Shown here piece after piece: positions 59,155-64,000 of a stretch of DNA of 64,000 nucleotides. The notes below the pieces were generated by a model. It ran no database searches and had not been told where the DNA came from. It saw only the letters and a program-made list of their open reading frames with translations. Within the stretch, counting starts at the first letter, position 1. Every line of letters starts with the position of its first letter. The stretch is from Ignavibacteriota bacterium (GTDB taxonomy: Bacteria > Bacteroidota > Ignavibacteria > UBA10030 > UBA6906): positions 672,001 through 736,000 of the forward strand of contig CAWDEM010000004.1 in the NCBI GenBank assembly GCA_963801355.1, read 5' to 3'. The position numbers and the translations under genes were made by a program.

Positions 59155-60237
59155 ATGCGCCATCGTGACCGAGTCACTGCAGCCCTGAAGCGCGAACCCG
59201 TTGACCGGGTCCCCATCTGGATGTGGTTTCACCCCGCCACTCTTGCGCGCCTTGCGCGGCATCTTGGCATCCCGGAACAACGGGTGGCCGATGCCATGGG
59301 GGATGACATCCGGCAAACCTGGGTCGGCAACAACTTCGCCATGGAGGGGATTACTCATGATCGTGAAGGGGAGGGGCATACCGACTATTGGGGCATCGAG
59401 TGGGTGCGGGAGGGTTTCTTCAACCAGATCAAGAGATCACCGCTGGCGAACGCGAACGTGGAGGCGATTCCGGGATACATGTTTCCGTACGATCGTACGG
59501 ATGATCTCCTGAGGCTCATGGACCCCGTGATCGCCAATCGCAACGACTTCTTTATCGGTTGCGATATCTCCCCCTGTCTGCTCGAACTTCTGTTCCGCAT
59601 TCGCGGGATGGAGGATACACTGCTGGATCTGGCCGCCGCGCCGGAATCTGCGGCTGTGCTCCTGGAGAAAGCGGCGGATTTTTCCGTCCATCTGGCGCGC
59701 GAAGCGTGCAAGCGTTTCCCGCTTGACTGGTTGTGGACCGGAGACGACGTCGGCGGACAGCAGGCAATGATGCTGAGCCCGCAACGCTGGCGCGCATCAA
59801 TTCGTCCACACCTCTCCCGCATCTTCGCCGTCGGGAAGAAGAGCAACCTGCCTGTCGCGTATCATTCCTGCGGAGCCATCCGCCCGATCATACCCGATCT
59901 GATCGAGATCGGGCTGACCATACTCAACCCCATCCAGTGCAATTGTCCGGGTATGGAACCGTCAAGCCTGAAGAAGGAATTCGGCCGCAATCTCGTGTTC
60001 ATGGGGGGAGTGGACACGCAGGAGCTGCTCCCACGGGGTACAGCCGATGAGGTGTTCCGGGAAACGTTGAGGCTTGTCGATAACATGACAACAGACGGCG
60101 GGGGATATATTCTCGCTGCGTCGCATTCCGTGCCTCCGGAAACGCCGCTGGAAAACGTGTTTGCCATGTATGCCGCAGCCGGAGAGTCACGCGAAGCAAT
60201 TATGGACCGTGCCGCCGCGATCCGTGCCGGACACTAA
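59155..60237 (+). CDS. Uroporphyrinogen decarboxylase / methylcobamide methyltransferase family protein
   Basis: EPVDRVP, D.WG..W, RGME, GDDVG.Q, HSCG, LNPIQ, GGVDTQ, GGYILAASH. Confidence 0.88.
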   Translation: MRHRDRVTAALKREPVDRVPIWMWFHPATLARLARHLGIPEQRVADAMGDDIRQTWVGNNFAMEGITHDREGEGHTDYWGIEWVREGFFNQIKRSPLANANVEAIPGYMFPYDRTDDLLRLMDPVIANRNDFFIGCDISPCLLELLFRIRGMEDTLLDLAAAPESAAVLLEKAADFSVHLAREACKRFPLDWLWTGDDVGGQQAMMLSPQRWRASIRPHLSRIFAVGKKSNLPVAYHSCGAIRPIIPDLIEIGLTILNPIQCNCPGMEPSSLKKEFGRNLVFMGGVDTQELLPRGTADEVFRETLRLVDNMTTDGGGYILAASHSVPPETPLENVFAMYAAAGESREAIMDRAAAIRAGH

Positions 60238-60272
60238 GGGGAGTTGAAATTCCGGGTCACGAGAGTACGGCG

Positions 60273-60887
60273 CTATATGGTGTCCGTTCGCGCTGACCCG
60301 TCCACACCGCCATGCGTGTCAATCCTCCAGTATTTGCCTCCTCCGCCTTCGCGTGCCATGTACCGGTATTCCACAAGCGACCTGCGCAGACGCGCGGTAT
60401 CTTCGTTGAAGTTCGCCAGAATCTGATTCACACGCTTTTCGGTGTAGCGCACGCCGGGGGCGAAGGCTTTCAACACGTGGCGGACGAGCACAAGGTATTT
60501 CTTCTCCTGCGTTGGAAAGGCTCTGATGCGGCCGTCAGGTTCTGTGAACGTCGCGAGGACTTTCCGCTCATAGGCGTCCGGATTGTCGGCCTCGGATATC
60601 GACGGTTTCTCCGCCTGCTGCAACAGCGTCCGGGCCATGACCCGCAGCGCTTCAGTATTGAGCCGGTAGATGCTGTAGTAACTTTCCGCTTTCGCCGACA
60701 CCAGCCCGGCATCTGACAAACGGGAAAGATGGTGCGACACCGTGGAGACACCCACGTTCAGGACTTTGGCGATCTGTTCCACGGTCCGGGGGGATTGGGC
60801 GAGCAATCCCACAATCCTGAGACGCTGGGGTTCCCCGAGGACTTTGAAAAAGCGCACATACTGGTCGACATGTTCGGGTTGTGTCAT
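60273..60887 (-). CDS. ArsR-family regulator with DUF2087-like C-terminal domain
   Basis: FKVLGEPQRLRIVGLL, STVSHHLSRL; P.QEKK, YTEKRVN, DTARLRRSLVEY. Confidence 0.88.
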   Translation of the reverse strand: MTQPEHVDQYVRFFKVLGEPQRLRIVGLLAQSPRTVEQIAKVLNVGVSTVSHHLSRLSDAGLVSAKAESYYSIYRLNTEALRVMARTLLQQAEKPSISEADNPDAYERKVLATFTEPDGRIRAFPTQEKKYLVLVRHVLKAFAPGVRYTEKRVNQILANFNEDTARLRRSLVEYRYMAREGGGGKYWRIDTHGGVDGSARTDTI

Positions 60888-60896
60888 CTTTTTTCC

Positions 60897-60936
60897 CTAT
60901 AGAACTATTTCGATAAATATAGACATAGTTCTATAG
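60897..60936. promoter_or_regulatory. Inverted repeat, probable ArsR operator
   Basis: CTATAGAACTAT-N16-ATAGTTCTATAG perfect 12-bp arms, 10 bp upstream of the ArsR start. Confidence 0.7.
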
Positions 60937-61082
60937 AAAGTCAAGTGCCGGCGAACAGGGTCTCTTCCCCATATCTCCGAGAAACATCGATTCGAACTCA
61001 AATGAATTTCGACTCGATTTTCCATATATTAAAATCATCGATACAGTTAACGCTAACTTTGAGTGTGCTTTTTTACCTGAAA

Positions 61083-61208
61083 GTTTTGCCTGGACACTTT
61101 GCTATGCCTGGACTCTCTGTTATGCCTGCACACGCTGTTCTACCTGGACGCTCTGTTCTGCCTGCACACGCTGTTCTACCTGGACGCTCTGTTCTGCCTG
61201 CGCGCTCC
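61083..61208 (+). repeat. 18-bp tandem repeat, 7 units
   Basis: Consensus GTT(C/A)TGCCTG(G/C)AC(A/G)C(T/G)CT; units 4 and 6 identical, 3 and 5 differ by 1 nt. Confidence 0.9.
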
Positions 61209-62750
61209 GTTTTCGCGTTGTGCCTCATTGCCGCGTGCGTTGTCCTCCCGTTGACTGAGGTTCACCCCGCGACCTACTATGTTGCGACGACCGGCAGTGA
61301 TACAAATCCCGGCACAATCGACCAGCCGTTCCTGACCCTCGCCAAGGCTGTGGGACTCTCCACCGTCGTCTTCAGCCCCGGTGACACAATTCTGGTCAGG
61401 GGAGGAGTGTACACACTCGCGGCGACGGTCACCATATCCAGGAGCGGCCTCACAAACGCGCGCTATCACCTCCTGGCGTATCCGGGAGAACGCCCGCTCC
61501 TGAATTGCTCCGGCCAGGCCACCAGCGGCACGAACAGGGGCATATATCATAAAGGGAACTACTGGTACATCCGGGGGCTGGATATCAAAGGGGCGGGTGA
61601 CAACGGGATGATTATCACGGGTTCGCACAATATCGTGGAACATTGCTCATTCTTTGAAAACCGCGACACGGGACTGCAACTCGGCGGAGGAGCGTCGGCC
61701 AATCAGATCATCAACTGCGATTCGTACAACAACGCCGATCCTTCCCAGGGGAATGCGGACGGCTTTGCGCCCAAACTTGATGTGGGTACCGGCAATTACT
61801 TCTTTGGATGCAGGGCGTGGCAGAATTCCGACGACGGCTGGGACGGCTACCTCCGCGGCGCCGACGACGTGACAACGACATTGGAGTCCTGCTGGTGCTT
61901 CTGCAACGGCTATCTCTGGGATGGCAGCGCAAGCATCGGCAATGGCAACGGTTACAAAACCGGCGGAAGCGACACGAAGGATTTGATGCATAACATGATA
62001 TTGAAGAAGTGCATCGCCTTCGACAATCGCGTGAAGGGATTCGACCAGAACAACAACCGCGGCTCCATCACCATCCTCAACGGCACAGCCTACAGGAATG
62101 GCACGAACTATGCCGTGGCCGACACGCTGGCCTACTCGCGCAGCAAGGCACTGTCAGTGATCAACTGCGTTGCGCTCGGGACGTACGGATCTCTGAACAC
62201 CAGGTCGCTGCAACAGACCAACAGCTGGCTTCCGCCGTTCGCCGAGGTGACTCCCGCGGACTTCATCAGCATTGACACTACGGGCGTCAGAGGGCCACGC
62301 AAAGCTGACGGGAGCCTCCCGGACATCACGTATCTGGTTCCCGCGCTCTCGAGTCAGCTCGTGGATGCAGGAACCGATGTTGGATTGTCCTTCAACGGCA
62401 GCGCGCCGGATCTCGGCGCGTTCGAGACAGAAGCCCCAGCGGGTCTGACATCGCGGATCGTTGCCGATGCCGGAGGCTTCTCGTTGCTGCCGACCTATCC
62501 CAATCCGTTCAACGCGGCGACGACCATCGCGTACATACTGCCCGGGCGGGCTGAGATCACGATAACGATCTTTGATCTGCGCGGCACACGCGTCCGGACA
62601 CTCCTCCGGGCAGTGCAGGATGCCGGTTTTCATACACTCAGATGGGATGCCACGAATGATGCCTCACGTCCTGTCGCCTCCGGCACATATATCGCGCAGA
62701 TACAGGCGGGAAAAGCAGTGCGGTCCGCCCGGTTGGTCCTCCTGAAGTAA
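61104..62750 (+). CDS. Polysaccharide lyase family 9-like beta-helix protein with T9SS-type C-terminal domain
   Basis: TYYVA..GSD.NPGT, GNADGFAPK, NSDDGWD, GNGNGYKTGG, PRKADGSLP, YPNPFN; start uncertain (61104/61122). Confidence 0.85.
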   Translation: MPGLSVMPAHAVLPGRSVLPAHAVLPGRSVLPARSVFALCLIAACVVLPLTEVHPATYYVATTGSDTNPGTIDQPFLTLAKAVGLSTVVFSPGDTILVRGGVYTLAATVTISRSGLTNARYHLLAYPGERPLLNCSGQATSGTNRGIYHKGNYWYIRGLDIKGAGDNGMIITGSHNIVEHCSFFENRDTGLQLGGGASANQIINCDSYNNADPSQGNADGFAPKLDVGTGNYFFGCRAWQNSDDGWDGYLRGADDVTTTLESCWCFCNGYLWDGSASIGNGNGYKTGGSDTKDLMHNMILKKCIAFDNRVKGFDQNNNRGSITILNGTAYRNGTNYAVADTLAYSRSKALSVINCVALGTYGSLNTRSLQQTNSWLPPFAEVTPADFISIDTTGVRGPRKADGSLPDITYLVPALSSQLVDAGTDVGLSFNGSAPDLGAFETEAPAGLTSRIVADAGGFSLLPTYPNPFNAATTIAYILPGRAEITITIFDLRGTRVRTLLRAVQDAGFHTLRWDATNDASRPVASGTYIAQIQAGKAVRSARLVLLK

Positions 62751-62764
62751 CCCCCCAAGGTAAG

Positions 62765-64000
62765 CTACCTGATCAGCAGCATCTTGCGCTCCAGCGTTGA
62801 TGACCGGGTCATCATCCGGCAGATATACATTCCTGTCGCCAGGCCGTTGCCGTTGAACTGCACCGCATGCTGACCCTGCTCAACGACGCCATCCAGCAAG
62901 ACGGCCACCTGCTGGCCGAGGATCGTGACAACCTCCAGGTGCACCTGCTGCGATGTAGCGAGAGAGAATCGTATCGTTGTGGTGGGATTGAAGGGATTGG
63001 GGTAGTTCTGATGAAGTATCATTGCCGAGGGCTGTGCCACAGGCGGCGGAGCTACGGCGACGAACCGTGCCGCCCCCACGAGCGGGAGGTCCACATATGA
63101 CGGTTCAGCCGCCGAAGAGCTGACGCCGGATGTTGCACTGTTGAAATACGGAATGATTTGCGCCCGGTAGTCATCGTACATATCGAGAGCCGTGACTTCA
63201 ACGCCGATACGGTGCCCCGCCGGAAGCAGGTGCGAGAGAGCCTGACAATCGAACCCGCTTTCGAGGGAAGTCCCCGGGATGTTCTTACGCACGCCATTCG
63301 CCCCCCGCGTGATCAGCGACCATACAGAGCCGGTGTCTGTCTGTACGACATCAAATATGCGAAGGTGGGATTGGAATCGGGAGGCGTCGGAATGCAGGCG
63401 CAGAACGGTATGGGGGATGCCGGTCACCTCGAGCGTGTCAGCGAGGGGGTCTGAAAGGAAGCGGGCAGGTGAGGCGTGGAATGCGTTCGTAAAGGCCGTC
63501 CCGGAATAGGCATCAGCCCATCCCTCTGCCGGGGTATACGTGGAATCATAGGACTGGGTGAACGGTCTCTCTATGGCCTGTGAAGGATACGTTGTCTGCA
63601 GCCTTGTCCCTGCCAGGTACAATCGCACAGTTCCCTGAGGCTCAGGAGGCCAGCCGACGACCTCGTGATGCGGCCAGCCGGGCCTGTCATCTGCATAGAC
63701 AATGAACGGGACATCCGAGCGGTCCAGGGGCACCCCTTTCAACCAGCGGTCAAACCACGACGTCATCAAACCCAGCTCGTAGAAGTACTCACCGAGATGG
63801 ACCGGCTCCCCGTGCCCGTTTGTGCCGAAGTAGGACCAGACGGGAATGCCCCGTTGCGTGAGCCTGTTGACCGCGCGGATAGCGCCGTTGACCGGAAAGA
63901 GCACATCCCCCCATCCCGTGCTGTGCACAACCGGAATGCGCACGCTGTCAAGCAGATATTCAAGGTCACGTGAGGCGGCAAAGGCGAGCGCGCTGTCGTA
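62765..64000 (-). CDS. CocE/NonD (X-Pro dipeptidyl-peptidase C-terminal-like) hydrolase with T9SS-type C-terminal domain, 5'-truncated
   Basis: Frame open to window end; GWGD, GH, WFDRWLKG, SDPL...EVTG.P, GHRIGVEV; QNYPNPFNPTT. Confidence 0.8.
   Translation of the reverse strand, partial: YDSALAFAASRDLEYLLDSVRIPVVHSTGWGDVLFPVNGAIRAVNRLTQRGIPVWSYFGTNGHGEPVHLGEYFYELGLMTSWFDRWLKGVPLDRSDVPFIVYADDRPGWPHHEVVGWPPEPQGTVRLYLAGTRLQTTYPSQAIERPFTQSYDSTYTPAEGWADAYSGTAFTNAFHASPARFLSDPLADTLEVTGIPHTVLRLHSDASRFQSHLRIFDVVQTDTGSVWSLITRGANGVRKNIPGTSLESGFDCQALSHLLPAGHRIGVEVTALDMYDDYRAQIIPYFNSATSGVSSSAAEPSYVDLPLVGAARFVAVAPPPVAQPSAMILHQNYPNPFNPTTTIRFSLATSQQVHLEVVTILGQQVAVLLDGVVEQGQHAVQFNGNGLATGMYICRMMTRSSTLERKMLLIR

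Noticed and set aside
61083-61208. Repeat array as CRISPR
   Set aside because: Units are contiguous with no unique spacers; no cas genes in the window
1-64000. Selenocysteine read-through, programmed frameshifts, tRNA/rRNA, IS elements or prophage
   Set aside because: The TGA stops examined coincide with ordinary ATGA/GTGA gene overlaps or complete domains; no transposase, integrase, phage or structural RNA signature recognised by eye

Overview
A gene-dense, GC-rich bacterial chromosomal segment. Three proteins end in a 'NYPNPFN' T9SS-type C-terminal domain, and propeller sensor kinases and FecR/TonB systems are present, which points to a Bacteroidota/Ignavibacteria-like lineage (inference). 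The main content is: (1) 1-13.4 kb, a co-directional respiratory cluster with 56 visible c-heme motifs. It contains a split CbcL-like cytochrome c/b pair, an ImcH-like heptaheme, a Rieske/cytochrome b with an 11-heme partner, a tetraheme, a beta-barrel, a 14-heme cytochrome, a 13-heme lipoprotein and CcmF, i.e. a candidate complete quinol-to-cell-surface electron conduit. (2) 13.4-25.7 kb, an anaerobic amino-acid/2-oxoacid cluster: Met gamma-lyase-like enzyme, 4-subunit 2-oxoacid:ferredoxin oxidoreductase and HemN, plus a LeuB/LeuCD-type chain-elongation set where an HMG-CoA-lyase-like enzyme and a family III CoA-transferase sit in place of a synthase. (3) A two-component system with phased operator repeats and a candidate CU-rich small RNA. 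(4) Mixed housekeeping and accessory genes (gpmA, galM, typA, queE, a Lys-rich repeat protein, an orphan Pycsar-like effector, two TonB loci, a second porin-cytochrome pair, WYL and ArsR regulators, T9SS cargo). I saw no rRNA, tRNA, CRISPR array or transposase. All family calls come from motif recognition by eye; no database searches were run.
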